Positions 1 to 10,449 are shown, numbered from the stretch's first letter. The stretch is 52,730 nt of DNA from Minisyncoccota bacterium (GCA_035550535.1 DASZOX010000036.1:1-52730); one strand, 5' to 3'. Notes: generated from the sequence alone by a model not told the origin. Translations and numbers: made by a program.

Positions 1-477
1 ATCATCACCGTGCTCAATGTTATCCCCGGATCAACAGCACAATCTTTTTTTGCCGAGGTATCCCATGATGAAGCAGGGCTTGTAGATCATTTCAAAAAAG
101 CGGTTAAACACCTCTTTTCATTCCTCGTACCTGCAGCAGTCATCATCTGGATACTTGGCGGCTACGTACTGCACTTCTTTGGGAAAGATTATGCCGCGGC
201 AGGTACGTGGCCACTCTCTATCCTTGCGCTTGCAAGTCTCTTTAGCGCAGCAAACTACCTCGGTGATACATTGCTCAATATCAAAAAGCGCTCAGGCATG
301 TACCTCTTTATGAATGCATTCAATGCACTTGCCGTCGTCATCCCTGCGTATATCGTCGCACCTCATGGGCTTGTCGCTATCGCATGGGCATGTGTATGCG
401 GACAAGTCGTGACCGCGGTCATCTACCTCATCATGAACTGGCAACTCATTATCGAGACGAAAAAAGCTCGTGTATAG
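1..477 (+). CDS. Polysaccharide/oligosaccharide flippase (Wzx/MOP-type), C-terminal fragment; 5' end lies outside the window
   Basis: The frame is open from base 1. The product is hydrophobic and multi-TM, with a C-terminal pattern typical of polysaccharide biosynthesis flippases. It converges on and overlaps the glycan operon by 29 nt. Confidence 0.6.
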   Translation: MITVLNVIPGSTAQSFFAEVSHDEAGLVDHFKKAVKHLFSFLVPAAVIIWILGGYVLHFFGKDYAAAGTWPLSILALASLFSAANYLGDTLLNIKKRSGMYLFMNAFNALAVVIPAYIVAPHGLVAIAWACVCGQVVTAVIYLIMNWQLIIETKKARV

Positions 478-1534
478 CAGCCTGCGTTTTATTAGCAATA
501 TTCTCCCAAGAAAGTGTTCGCGCATACTCGAGAGCTGCCTTCGATTTCTTTCTTAGCAAGTCGGGGGCCTGTTGCACTTGCTGGAGTGTATCCATAAGAG
601 CGTTCTTTCCTTGCGTATATTTATAGGCAACGCTCTCGGGCACATACGCGAGATCTCCCAGCGTGGGGACAACAACTGCCTTGCCGAAGGAGAATGCAAG
701 CAGCGCCGATCCAGAAGTTGAAACTTCTCTAAATGGAAGCACGACTACATCGGCCGCATTGAAATACACCTGAATGTCAGCATCATCAATATACGTGTCG
801 CGAATGAGTATATTTTTGTTCTGCGCGTATGCTGCAAGGAGTGCGCGAAGATGCTCATCGCTACACTTCCCTGCAATGAGCAGTTGGTTTGATTCGTTGC
901 TGAGACTGCAATACGCTTCGATGAGTAAATCAACTCCTTTGTACGCGCGTATCTGGCCGAAATAGAGGAAAACGAATTTATCGTTGCTTATGCCAAGCTT
1001 CTCGCGGGCAGCAGCCCGATCTATCGTGTTGGGATACACGCCAATATAACTTCCATGTGGAATAACTACTGATTTTTTCACGGCAACCCCGAGTGCTTTC
1101 AGTTGGTCAAGCGTACTTTGAGAGTGGACGATAACGAGATCAGTATGTTTTGCGAGGATTCTCCGGGCAGCGACATCATCACTAAACGCCGGATCGTGCG
1201 GGAGTGCGTTGTGTGCAGTCCAGACGAGCCGATATCCCAACCACTTTATTGTTTTTATACACAGCACATAGTGGGAGTACACTATTCTTTTCAAAATTTT
1301 ATTTTCGTAAATACCTCCGCGAAGCGCAAAAGCGTTCGCCCAATGAAGATGAAACACCCGATACCTGCACACTCTCCAGAAGAAAAGTTGCGGGAGTACT
1401 GTCGCCATGTTGAAGGTGCCGCTCGGTGTTGGCGCCCACACATAGCGTATAACATTGCCCTTACGACGCATTGACTCGTAGAGTAACTCTTGATAAGGGT
1501 TCTCCAATCCTCTTGGGAAAGCAAGTATTTTCAT
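449..1534 (-). CDS. Glycosyltransferase, GT1/GT4 family
   Basis: 361-aa ORF. The C-terminal Glycos_transf_1-like region reads ...VVVLPFREVSTSGSALLAFSFGKAVVVP.... It has a 4-nt overlap with the upstream GT gene. Confidence 0.8.
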   Translation of the reverse strand: MKILAFPRGLENPYQELLYESMRRKGNVIRYVWAPTPSGTFNMATVLPQLFFWRVCRYRVFHLHWANAFALRGGIYENKILKRIVYSHYVLCIKTIKWLGYRLVWTAHNALPHDPAFSDDVAARRILAKHTDLVIVHSQSTLDQLKALGVAVKKSVVIPHGSYIGVYPNTIDRAAAREKLGISNDKFVFLYFGQIRAYKGVDLLIEAYCSLSNESNQLLIAGKCSDEHLRALLAAYAQNKNILIRDTYIDDADIQVYFNAADVVVLPFREVSTSGSALLAFSFGKAVVVPTLGDLAYVPESVAYKYTQGKNALMDTLQQVQQAPDLLRKKSKAALEYARTLSWENIANKTQAAIHELFSSR

Positions 1535-2712
1535 GATGTCTTGTATTTTTTAATCACCTCGTTGTACACCTCCAGTATTTTTTCTGTGTGAGATTCTATA
1601 GAAAATTTTTCTGATTGTCTGCGCGCTTTTTCCGACATAGTCTTCAGTAGTGCTTCATCAGAGAAAAGTGTGATAACTTTTTCTGTTATGGCAGCAGGAT
1701 CCTTTGGAGGAACGAGATAGCCTACTTCTCCATCGATGAGCCAATCGCTGATACCGCCGACGTCCGCCGCAATCACCGGTCGTCCGACACTCATCGCCTC
1801 AATACCCACCTTACCGAAGGCTTCGGGCCATATAGACGGCATAATCAATAGCGTGGCATCCCGATACATTTCACGTATTTTTTCTTTTGAGAGGTGCCCT
1901 CGGAATGAGACATTGTCCATTATGTTGAGCTCTCTTGCCAGTGCTTCGAGCTCTGTCCGGTAACTCCCATCGCCTGCGATAACCAAATGCACCTCTGGAA
2001 ATTTTTTCACTATTGCAGGGAGCGCGCGGAGGAGATAATCTACTCCCTTAAATTTTTCCAATCTTCCTACAAAAGAGATAGTTTTTGTGTTGGTGATGGG
2101 GCGCTGCTCGAGAAGTACAGTACCGTTGGGAACATAGCGAGTAATAATATGTTCTTTCTGCATCAAGCGCTGCATATAGCGACTAAAAACAATTGTGACA
2201 TCAACATGCTTCATCCCCATGCGATAGAGAGTACCGCTGATAAAACGATGATAAAATAACCGCATGCTCCCCGCAAAAGTGAGTTGCTTCGCATCATGCG
2301 AATGATCCTTAAAATCCGTAGTGGGTAAGTACCAGAGCAGTAACCCTTTTGTGAAGGCCTCCGGGCCGTGGATGGTAAGCACTGTAGGCGTATGCTTAAG
2401 AGCAAAGAGTACCGATGGAGAAACCTGCCCCATAGTGTGGAGTTGTACGATATCGGGCCTATATTCTTTCAGAACCTTTTTTAGTAAAAAAAACGAGTGT
2501 GGGTTAAACGCGTTGTAAATATATTTTGAAAAGCCGCTCGTCTTTATACTCTTGAAAGTGTAACTATCAAAACGCGGCAAATCCATCCTACGGTCACTTG
2601 CGATGGTTCTAACCTCGTGGCCCATCTTTTCCAAAACAGGCTGCATTAAAACGATGCCGTTTTCAACACCACCCTCTTCAAACCCTGACGAAACTATTCT
2701 AAGAATTTTCAT
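1531..2712 (-). CDS. Glycosyltransferase family 4
   Basis: 393-aa ORF with the EAFGKVGIEAMSVGRPVIAADVGG motif (GT4 E-x7-E region). It has a 4-nt overlap with the upstream gene. Confidence 0.85.
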   Translation of the reverse strand: MKILRIVSSGFEEGGVENGIVLMQPVLEKMGHEVRTIASDRRMDLPRFDSYTFKSIKTSGFSKYIYNAFNPHSFFLLKKVLKEYRPDIVQLHTMGQVSPSVLFALKHTPTVLTIHGPEAFTKGLLLWYLPTTDFKDHSHDAKQLTFAGSMRLFYHRFISGTLYRMGMKHVDVTIVFSRYMQRLMQKEHIITRYVPNGTVLLEQRPITNTKTISFVGRLEKFKGVDYLLRALPAIVKKFPEVHLVIAGDGSYRTELEALARELNIMDNVSFRGHLSKEKIREMYRDATLLIMPSIWPEAFGKVGIEAMSVGRPVIAADVGGISDWLIDGEVGYLVPPKDPAAITEKVITLFSDEALLKTMSEKARRQSEKFSIESHTEKILEVYNEVIKKYKTS

Positions 2713-3962
2713 TTTGATAATAGTTGAGAAAATAAAGTAACTGCCTCTTCGGATGCCGCCTTATAGCGTGGCATCACTTCGGCGAGGTACTCCTTGTAAA
2801 GAGACTTCCGCCCTACGAGGGCATCAAATTTCACAATAAGCTCTTTTGAAGTGATAGTATCGATCCGTAGCACCCACTCTTCGAGGCCGAGATCGCGCAT
2901 GATCCCGCGCGTTTTGTGTTCGTATTCTATCGCGATTCCCGGCACGAGATAGGAAAGCGAAAACACCATCGAGTGAAACCGTGTCCCGACGACAAAGTCG
3001 GCATGTTCGTATGCGAGCTTCACTTCTTTATAATCCAAGACTTTTTCGATGGCAACTGCCCGCTTCGAACGCGACAAAGCTATGATATTCCTTGCCACGA
3101 TCCGATCGTCATCTCCTGCATGTGGGAATGTGCATTGCGGGACGAACACAACCTTGATGTCCGGATAGTACACTGCGATATGATCGATGAGATCAGCATG
3201 CGCTTGTTCATAGATGCGCTGTTTGTCGGCGGTCATCCAGTTGCGTACCGCAAGCGCGAGCACACGCTCACCTTCCGTAGCACCCGCAACTTCTCTGAGA
3301 GAGAACACCCCTTCAGGGAGGAATGCAAACGCACTATCGGGAACCTGACGAATATTCGCCGCAAGCATCCCGCGCTTATCAAGAAAATACTTCGTGCTGA
3401 TCGCTTCGCGCAAGAGGACAAGATCGATAGCGGCGAGGATACGCGCAGCGTACTTCCCTTCACACTTTCTCTGGAAAGGTCCGACAGACACCGGGGCAGT
3501 GGCAACCTTTTTGCCAATTGCCTTGCAGAGCGCGAGCGTCTGGAGCGCAAAGACGAGGTGCATCGGACTATCAAGTCCGTCCTTTTTGGTGATGAAGTAG
3601 CCGCCTCCGACGGATACGACAAGGTCTGCAGAGCGGCATGCGTCGTATACCTTTTTGAGCTCGCCAAAAAAGAGCCACGTGCACCTTCCTTTCATTACCG
3701 CTACTATCCGCAGTGCCATGTATATATACACCTTGAAAAAGATATGCCACGGCGCGCGGTGCGCGTGGGAAGACGATTGGAATTCGAATGATCCAACGTT
3801 ATGCCCTTTGTAAAAGGTGGGATACACACGAGGATCTTCCATACTCGCGATAGAGATGTCGGCACAGGGGTCGATGACGAGTAGCTGATCAATGAGGACA
3901 TGCAGAAGTGCGGCATCTCCTTTGTCATCTCTATGGAACGCATTGACGATCAAGAATTTCAT
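2709..3962 (-). CDS. Polysaccharide pyruvyl transferase family protein (WcaK/CsaB-like)
   Basis: 417-aa ORF with VVSVGGGYF, GKKVATAPVSVGPF and FVVGTRFHSMVFS motifs, which are characteristic of PS_pyruv_trans proteins. Confidence 0.75.
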   Translation of the reverse strand: MKFLIVNAFHRDDKGDAALLHVLIDQLLVIDPCADISIASMEDPRVYPTFYKGHNVGSFEFQSSSHAHRAPWHIFFKVYIYMALRIVAVMKGRCTWLFFGELKKVYDACRSADLVVSVGGGYFITKKDGLDSPMHLVFALQTLALCKAIGKKVATAPVSVGPFQRKCEGKYAARILAAIDLVLLREAISTKYFLDKRGMLAANIRQVPDSAFAFLPEGVFSLREVAGATEGERVLALAVRNWMTADKQRIYEQAHADLIDHIAVYYPDIKVVFVPQCTFPHAGDDDRIVARNIIALSRSKRAVAIEKVLDYKEVKLAYEHADFVVGTRFHSMVFSLSYLVPGIAIEYEHKTRGIMRDLGLEEWVLRIDTITSKELIVKFDALVGRKSLYKEYLAEVMPRYKAASEEAVTLFSQLLSK

Positions 3963-3965
3963 ATA

Positions 3966-6332
3966 TTATCGGTATATTTCGGCAGCACCATTACTGTAGA
4001 TGAGGTTCTTGTTATCATCTAGGAATTGTATTGGGTATTTATAGTTCACCTGGTCGGCGTTGTAAATGATGGTCGCACGCTGCTTTTGCACGGTGACTGG
4101 CCCAAGAAATACATACGCGTCTTTTTTCACGGCGCTCGGCATAATATCAGTATCTGCCCCAATATAGGTAAGGGAGGCAAATTTGTTGTACCGGCTCGTC
4201 TGCACATCGAGGCGCACACCGCTGAGGTTACCCGCATTGTTGCCCACCAGATTGGTGAGCCAGTCCACACCATACACCTCGGTCGTCTTGATGAGATAGT
4301 CATCGTAGTACGTCCCCGTATTACTCAAGTGAAGCACTGCTTCACTACCACCAAAGAGATAAGGTAAAAAGTGACTCGAGTACAAGAAAAAGAATACCCC
4401 GAGGATAATGGCAAATTGTTCTGAAGAAATATATCTGTGGAGAGGCTTGAATACATACCGCAATCCATCACCGACCGCAAGTGCCCCCGCGACGATAATG
4501 GGCGCGATGACAAACATCGATTGCTGCATCGCACGATAGATACCGTACTGAACAGAGAGCACCGGCAAAATGATGGTGAGCAATATAAATACGAGACAAT
4601 AAAAAACGATAAGGTAGAGCTCGGGGTCGATATATTTGGCGATGCTTTGCTTAAACAAAAGATAGATCACACCGAGTGGCACCAACACTTCGAGAAGCTT
4701 CGCTAAGAGCTGCCCTACAACAACCATAGCGCTCGTGATGGGAATGTGGTGATCTGTCAAAAACTTCCCCGCACCAGTGAGAGGGCTATTTTCCGGAGGT
4801 AATGCAGTGATCGTATACTGCGCGTAGGTCGAAGGGTCATAGTAGGTCTCGGCTGGAGCATGAGCGCGGAGCGGATCCAACACCTTTGTGATGTAATCTT
4901 GCAATTCCTGATCCTGACTTGGCTTACCAAAGCTAAGGAGACTCGTTGCATCTATAGACCGATTGTCGCCCCCAAAACCACTTTTGACCGCAGAAAAAGT
5001 TTGTCCGAGGACATTTAATACATTGCTACCTGTATTAGTTATGGTCTGCGTCCAAAGGAAACTTACTAAGAAAAGACCAACCACCATAACCACGGTAATT
5101 TTTGGTTTCAGAGACACTCCCCTCGGGAAATGCACGACACTTGAGCGAGCAAATAATTTTTTCCCTCTGAGATACTTCGCGAGCTTCAGAAAGAGGGGAC
5201 GCGACGCAATTGCAAGTGCCAGTACGAGAAGCACTGTATAGGTAGTCGAATAGTGCGAGAGTATGACCCCAATTCCAAAAATGAAAAACAGTACCCGACG
5301 AATTGAGAGGTCGAGCTTCTCCTCAAAAATCGTATAGAGCATAAGCCCAAAAAAGACGAACGCCAATTCCTGTCGATTGAGGAATGGCATATCTATAAAA
5401 AATGTCGGGAATCCTATGAAATAGATCGTCCCCAACAATGCAGTCGTGCAATCAGTCCACCGACGACCGATCAGATATACCAAGACGGGAGCGAAAGCAA
5501 ATATGAACTGAGAAAAAATCTTGTATATATAGGGGTCGGGAACCTTTAAGAGATTAAAAAATATCGTGGGGAGTATGGTGATGCTCAAACACGCATTATA
5601 GGCATCTCGAAAGACAGCGATGTTCCAGAGACCTGCATTCTTTGTGAGCTCGAATACTTTGTACTCTGTTTGAATATCATGCCCAGTGGTATACCATCCG
5701 CGCATACTCGTCATGAGAAGGAGTGCAAGTGCAATAAAGAAAAGCGCGGTAGGAATCACGTTTTCGCCGAGTTTTTTTGTAGCGCGAAACAAAAATACGA
5801 AATACACCCCAGCACCACCGAGCATAACCATAGTGAGAATGTTGCTTGCTCCGTCGTTGATTCTGATCGCACCAAATACGCTGAGCGTCACAAAGATAAT
5901 GGGGATGAGCGCGAAGTAGAGATCGCGCTTGGTAGCAAATATGAGATATTTTTTCAGAGGCAAGCGTATCGCTTCTATCCGTGCCCAACATGCAGCAACA
6001 AACATCGTGATAAGCACGCCAAACTCTGAAAGTAGTGGACCTCTGCTAAGCGGATGCATAATGCCCCATGCAGGAAGCAGTGTATTACCGATAAGTGCGA
6101 CAAGCATGAGCTCGAGTACGCTGAATCCGACCGCAAGTGCAGCGTACGCCCAAAATGTGAGCCCTTCAACACGAAAGAGTATTACTGTAAGTATGCCCGG
6201 TAGGAATGCGAGCGTGAGGAATCCAAAAATATTTAAAAGTTGGAAGTAATTGTACTGCAATACAGAAAGGATGATGAATGCTCCTGCCCATACCGTTGCT
6301 ATCCACAATAGTCGGTTCCTCCCTATAGTCAT
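3966..6332 (-). CDS. Large polytopic membrane protein (about 13 or more predicted TM helices plus a C-terminal extracytoplasmic domain). Candidate GT-C-type glycosyltransferase or polymerase; it resembles DUF2206-type proteins from memory.
   Basis: 788-aa uninterrupted ORF. The N-terminal two thirds is very hydrophobic, and a second TM cluster lies near residues 530-650. It is embedded in the GT operon with 4-nt coupling to the downstream gene. Confidence 0.8.
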   Translation of the reverse strand: MTIGRNRLLWIATVWAGAFIILSVLQYNYFQLLNIFGFLTLAFLPGILTVILFRVEGLTFWAYAALAVGFSVLELMLVALIGNTLLPAWGIMHPLSRGPLLSEFGVLITMFVAACWARIEAIRLPLKKYLIFATKRDLYFALIPIIFVTLSVFGAIRINDGASNILTMVMLGGAGVYFVFLFRATKKLGENVIPTALFFIALALLLMTSMRGWYTTGHDIQTEYKVFELTKNAGLWNIAVFRDAYNACLSITILPTIFFNLLKVPDPYIYKIFSQFIFAFAPVLVYLIGRRWTDCTTALLGTIYFIGFPTFFIDMPFLNRQELAFVFFGLMLYTIFEEKLDLSIRRVLFFIFGIGVILSHYSTTYTVLLVLALAIASRPLFLKLAKYLRGKKLFARSSVVHFPRGVSLKPKITVVMVVGLFLVSFLWTQTITNTGSNVLNVLGQTFSAVKSGFGGDNRSIDATSLLSFGKPSQDQELQDYITKVLDPLRAHAPAETYYDPSTYAQYTITALPPENSPLTGAGKFLTDHHIPITSAMVVVGQLLAKLLEVLVPLGVIYLLFKQSIAKYIDPELYLIVFYCLVFILLTIILPVLSVQYGIYRAMQQSMFVIAPIIVAGALAVGDGLRYVFKPLHRYISSEQFAIILGVFFFLYSSHFLPYLFGGSEAVLHLSNTGTYYDDYLIKTTEVYGVDWLTNLVGNNAGNLSGVRLDVQTSRYNKFASLTYIGADTDIMPSAVKKDAYVFLGPVTVQKQRATIIYNADQVNYKYPIQFLDDNKNLIYSNGAAEIYR

Positions 6333-7507
6333 ACACCAATTTCTTTGTACACCGCTTCAAGTTTCTTCACAAGTTTCTCCCACGAACAGTCTTGCGCCTT
6401 CGCGAAGCTTTTTTTCGACAGCAAAGCGAGCTTCGCTGGGTCGGAGGCAAGTGCATCGATCGCAGCTGCGAACGTCTCTGGGCTCGGGTTCGCCACAAGT
6501 ACGCCGACACCCTCGATGAGCTCAGTGATGCCAAGTACATCCGACGCAACGATCGGTAATCCCGCCGCCATCGCCTCTAGAAGCACGAGCGGCATTCCCT
6601 CTCTGTCAGAGGGTAAGACGAATACATCACTATCACGATATGCACTGAGTAACGCTTCGCCGAAGAGTTTACCTACAAAACTGACGTTCTTAAGGTTATG
6701 TTTCTTCACCAACGCCTCGAGCATCGATCTGTCTTCTCCATCACCAACAATGGTGAGTATCGTTTCTGACTTGATGAGCGGCATTGCTTCAACGAGCCGC
6801 TCGGGGCGTTTTTGCAACGCAAGACGTCCTACAAAAAGCAATCGCAAAGGATTGTGCCTCACCCGTTCATTTTCTCCGATTGTCAAAAACTGATTCCCCA
6901 CACCATTACCAATAAAAACAACTTCACTATCAGTTTTGTGATAGCGATTTTTTATCAAAACACTCTGGTCTGGAGAAAGCGTGATGACACGCACTGCATC
7001 TTTTATTATGCGTGATTGTATCCACTTTTTCCAAAGCACGTAGATAAATCCAAAGGTTCCCGAAGGTTTTACATCCAGATGAAAATGTACAATATACGGA
7101 ATACCGCGGAGTTTCGAAGCGAGCCAGACCATCTCAGGTACATACGCTTGTGCAAGATGGAGATGAAATATTGTCGGTTTTTTGACTCTGAGCAGTTGCC
7201 ACAACAGTCCCGGGATCCATGCAGTGTGCGCAAACTCGAATGACCAGAGACGTTTGATGATCAGATTAGGGTGTGATTCAATTTTCGGAAGCTGTTTTGC
7301 ACTGATATCTGAAGTAAGTACAGTAACTTCGTGCCCATCTCTCGTAAGTTGCTCCGAAACTTCTTTTGCGACACCTTCCAGACCACCAAGGTGCGGAGGA
7401 TAGTACGCGGCTATCTGCACAATAGAAAAATCATTTTTCTTCATTAAGATAGTCGTTGAATATTTTGAAAGTTTCTGCGACTTTTTTATCCCAAGTATAG
7501 TGCTCAA
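6329..7507 (-). CDS. Glycosyltransferase family 4 (likely true start at 7444, MKKNDFSIVQIAAYYPP)
   Basis: 392-aa ORF with the REGMPLVLLEAMAAGLPIVASDV motif. The internal ATG at 7442-7444 would reduce the overlap with the upstream gene to 14 nt. Confidence 0.85.
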   Translation of the reverse strand: MSTILGIKKSQKLSKYSTTILMKKNDFSIVQIAAYYPPHLGGLEGVAKEVSEQLTRDGHEVTVLTSDISAKQLPKIESHPNLIIKRLWSFEFAHTAWIPGLLWQLLRVKKPTIFHLHLAQAYVPEMVWLASKLRGIPYIVHFHLDVKPSGTFGFIYVLWKKWIQSRIIKDAVRVITLSPDQSVLIKNRYHKTDSEVVFIGNGVGNQFLTIGENERVRHNPLRLLFVGRLALQKRPERLVEAMPLIKSETILTIVGDGEDRSMLEALVKKHNLKNVSFVGKLFGEALLSAYRDSDVFVLPSDREGMPLVLLEAMAAGLPIVASDVLGITELIEGVGVLVANPSPETFAAAIDALASDPAKLALLSKKSFAKAQDCSWEKLVKKLEAVYKEIGV

Positions 7508-8597
7508 GAACTTTCTTACGCCCGTTTTCTCCCATCAATCGAAGATTTTTCATATCACTAAATATAAGTTCTATTGCATCCGCCAAAGCTTTTGAATCGT
7601 TGGGGGGGATAAGTAAGCCATCGACATGATCTGATATTACCGTTGGGATTCCCCCGATATTTGTTCCGATAACAGCCAATTTACATGCCATAGCCTCGAT
7701 CAAAACCATGCCGAAACTCTCAGCCGGTGCGTATGAAGGCAAAACGAGCACAGAGGCAGACTGATAACTCCTCACCAACTCATCCCCCGTCAATATTCCT
7801 CTAAATGACACTCTGTCTCTAAACCCTAGGTGAGCGACATAAGACTCATACCACTCTCTCATATCTCCATCTCCTACGACAATGAGTTTAAGATGGGGGA
7901 ACACCTGTTCCAATTTTTTTACTGCGTCTAAAAGAATTCTCAAACCTTTGTGCTGCTGTGCGTACCCTAACCCCGCAACAAATAATAAGGTCGAATCATG
8001 TGGAGGTTCGGGGCTCGGTTTGAAGAGGTTCACATCGACCGCTGGCGTGACGGTGATGCTCTTGTAGGTATACTTTTTTAAGAAATGATTTCTCACAAAA
8101 TCTGAGGAACAAATAATAGAGTTTGCACGCTTGAGGAGAAGCGGCAGAAAAACATTTTCATAGACAGATACGATCATATCAACCAAAAACTTATGTTTGC
8201 GCATGCTTCCGGCATGGTACGTCACCACCACCGGTCTCGTGCCCGCAACCGCAGCGGCGAAGTTGCCAATACCCGGGACTGGGGTGTGCACATTGACGAG
8301 ATCGACGTGTTCCTTTCCAAAAATTGTTTTTATCTTCTTCCTCCAATTGAGTGCAATGGGAGTATTCGAGACCTTCCACTGGTAGCTGAGACGATATATT
8401 TTCATCCCTGCGACCTCGTCTACCCTATCGGCATCCTTGTGCGCGCCAGAGGTGATGAAAATGATCCGACACCCGTGGTCTCTGTGCAGCCGCAGGGCGA
8501 TCTCGTAGGCGTATTTTTCCAGCCCACCGCCTTGTGGAGGAAAATAGGGGGTGACGAAAGCGATTGTTTTTTGATTAGATATCATAGAGTTGTCCAT
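7431..8597 (-). CDS. Glycosyltransferase family 4
   Basis: 388-aa ORF with an N-terminal FVTPYFPPQGGG and a C-terminal ESFGMVLIEAMACKLAVIGTNIGG. Confidence 0.85.
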   Translation of the reverse strand: MDNSMISNQKTIAFVTPYFPPQGGGLEKYAYEIALRLHRDHGCRIIFITSGAHKDADRVDEVAGMKIYRLSYQWKVSNTPIALNWRKKIKTIFGKEHVDLVNVHTPVPGIGNFAAAVAGTRPVVVTYHAGSMRKHKFLVDMIVSVYENVFLPLLLKRANSIICSSDFVRNHFLKKYTYKSITVTPAVDVNLFKPSPEPPHDSTLLFVAGLGYAQQHKGLRILLDAVKKLEQVFPHLKLIVVGDGDMREWYESYVAHLGFRDRVSFRGILTGDELVRSYQSASVLVLPSYAPAESFGMVLIEAMACKLAVIGTNIGGIPTVISDHVDGLLIPPNDSKALADAIELIFSDMKNLRLMGENGRKKVLEHYTWDKKVAETFKIFNDYLNEEK

Positions 8598-9285
8598 TCG
8601 TTCTGTACATTATATGATCTTTCTTTGCGATATGGCGCAGGACATTTTCGAGCCGCTCCCAATCACCGTCGTGCTCTATCTCCCATGAGTGCCCCCAGAG
8701 GTGAAAGACACCACCAGTCTGACATACGCGGTCAAATTGTGCCATGGCGAGTGCATCCCAATTGAAGTAGTAGCTGATAAATTGTGCCGGACTGTAGCGC
8801 GCGAATTTTAAAATGGGAAAAATATCAGACCAGTGACGATACGCGTGCACCGTCGTCGGGAGTATGAGTGGATCTTTGCTGAGGTCGGTAGCGAAGCGCT
8901 TCACGGTGCGCGCGAGCGTAAATCCCGCCTCGCGCACCATGGCGATGTGCTTCGGCCGGTACTCACCTCCCGGGTAGCAAAAACTCGTGACCGATTTACC
9001 GATCCATCGTTCAAGTACCCGTTTCGACTCGACGATTTCTTTCTTTGCCACCTCGTCACTGACCTGTGACAAGCGAGGATGCGTCATGGTGTGGGCACCG
9101 ATCTCAAAATCTTCCGAAAGTTTGGCAACCTGCTCTGGAGTCAATCGTTCGTTTGGCGAGAGTTCTTTGTCTTCCGGCGAGATATAAAAGGTGCCACTTA
9201 GAGCGTACCTGCGCAGAAGTGAAGCAAGTTTCTGGTCGAGCACATGCCCATCATCCCAACTTGTTGTGACAATAATATTATGCAT
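8575..9285 (-). CDS. Polysaccharide deacetylase (NodB homology domain)
   Basis: 236-aa ORF with TSWDDG and GAHTMTHPRL motifs. Confidence 0.8.
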   Translation of the reverse strand: MHNIIVTTSWDDGHVLDQKLASLLRRYALSGTFYISPEDKELSPNERLTPEQVAKLSEDFEIGAHTMTHPRLSQVSDEVAKKEIVESKRVLERWIGKSVTSFCYPGGEYRPKHIAMVREAGFTLARTVKRFATDLSKDPLILPTTVHAYRHWSDIFPILKFARYSPAQFISYYFNWDALAMAQFDRVCQTGGVFHLWGHSWEIEHDGDWERLENVLRHIAKKDHIMYRTNGQLYDI

Positions 9286-10444
9286 AGGCAGTTTTGTATG
9301 TATTTTCTAGCTGCATCATGAGCACCTGCCAATCATATCGATCAACATTTTTTTGTGGTTGTATTTTTGTTCTGCTGCTGAGCGCAAGAAATATCTTTTG
9401 GGCAAAGGCCTTTTCGTTGAGACGTACGACATAACCATTCACCCCTTCTTCAATCAAATCCTTTGTAGCATTATCTTTGTGATTAGTAGTGACGACAGGG
9501 AGTCCGCATGCGTTGGCTTCGATAGTAACAATCCCAAATCCTTCTCGCACTGACGGCAATACAAATACTTTTGACGACTTCATCAAACCATAGAGATCTA
9601 TATCCCTTTCGACAAATCCAAGAAAAATGACATTTTGCTCGATTGCCAAATCTTTTGCCAGCTGCTCCAATGATACTTTTTCTGGACCATCACCGACGAT
9701 AACTGCAGAGATGGTGGGTATCTTTTCTTTGAGAATCTTTATCGCACGAAGCAGTACATCGACATTTTTGTGAAAAAGGAGTCTCCCCGCAAAGATAATA
9801 TCGCTCTGCAAAGCTGCATGCGGGCTCTTTCGTAATACGCTGAGCTGAAGGCCGTTTGGAATTGTAACGATTTTTTTCCTACTGCCAAGAAGTTTTTCGA
9901 GAGATTTTGCCGTATGGTCTGAGACAGCAATAATAGTTGTTGGCAATTGCACACTGAGCCACTCGACAAGGTATGCTATAGTAGCTTTCCACCCACCGAG
10001 ATACTCTTTCCAATACTCTTTTCCCCACACTTCGTGCCACGTCGCGATCATCTTTTTCCTCCTCAAAAGGCAGACAATTTTTATCGTCAGGATCGAGAGG
10101 TGCGGGATGTGGTCGACATCAATGACATCGAAAGATTTGGTGAGTAGCTTGAAACAGTGGAGTGCAAAAAGGATTGCTTCGCGGATACTACGCCGGTCGC
10201 CGTTGTAGAGCGGATAGAGAGGACTGATAGCACAAAATTTCACCCCTTCGTGTACGACGGTCTTGGGTCCCTCCCACCACTGCATGCAGTAAATAGTGAC
10301 GTCGTAGCCGTCGCGGACAAGCCGTGTAGTGATATCATGCAAGCGCTTTTCTTTGCCGCCTTTGTTGTGGGGATAGACCGCGTCAGATACGATCGCAATT
10401 TTCTTTGGGGTTGTGGGTTGTTTCTTCCTTGAGATTATTTCCAT
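9278..10444 (-). CDS. Glycosyltransferase family 4 (start moved to the ATG at 10442-10444)
   Basis: The ORF track extends to 10720, but the first 92 codons overlap the upstream GT2 gene and look non-protein-like (Arg/Gly/His rich). MEIISRKKQPTTPKKIAIVSDAVYPHNKGG is a typical GT4 N-terminus, and REGFGIVTIEANACGLPVV is also present. Confidence 0.85.
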   Translation of the reverse strand: MEIISRKKQPTTPKKIAIVSDAVYPHNKGGKEKRLHDITTRLVRDGYDVTIYCMQWWEGPKTVVHEGVKFCAISPLYPLYNGDRRSIREAILFALHCFKLLTKSFDVIDVDHIPHLSILTIKIVCLLRRKKMIATWHEVWGKEYWKEYLGGWKATIAYLVEWLSVQLPTTIIAVSDHTAKSLEKLLGSRKKIVTIPNGLQLSVLRKSPHAALQSDIIFAGRLLFHKNVDVLLRAIKILKEKIPTISAVIVGDGPEKVSLEQLAKDLAIEQNVIFLGFVERDIDLYGLMKSSKVFVLPSVREGFGIVTIEANACGLPVVTTNHKDNATKDLIEEGVNGYVVRLNEKAFAQKIFLALSSRTKIQPQKNVDRYDWQVLMMQLENTYKTAYA

Positions 10445-10449
10445 GATAC

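Noticed and set aside
2916-3791. Long antisense ORFs opposite well-supported genes. Examples are 2916..3791, 16384..17163, 18911..19648, 20487..21176, 29148..29753, 29191..29778, 32944..33930, 39756..40586, 40629..41345, 48318..48977 and 49212..49805.
   Set aside because: Each lies entirely inside a gene with clear family motifs on the other strand. Their translations are Arg/Cys/His-rich with no recognisable motifs, so they are shadow ORFs typical of GC-rich coding DNA.
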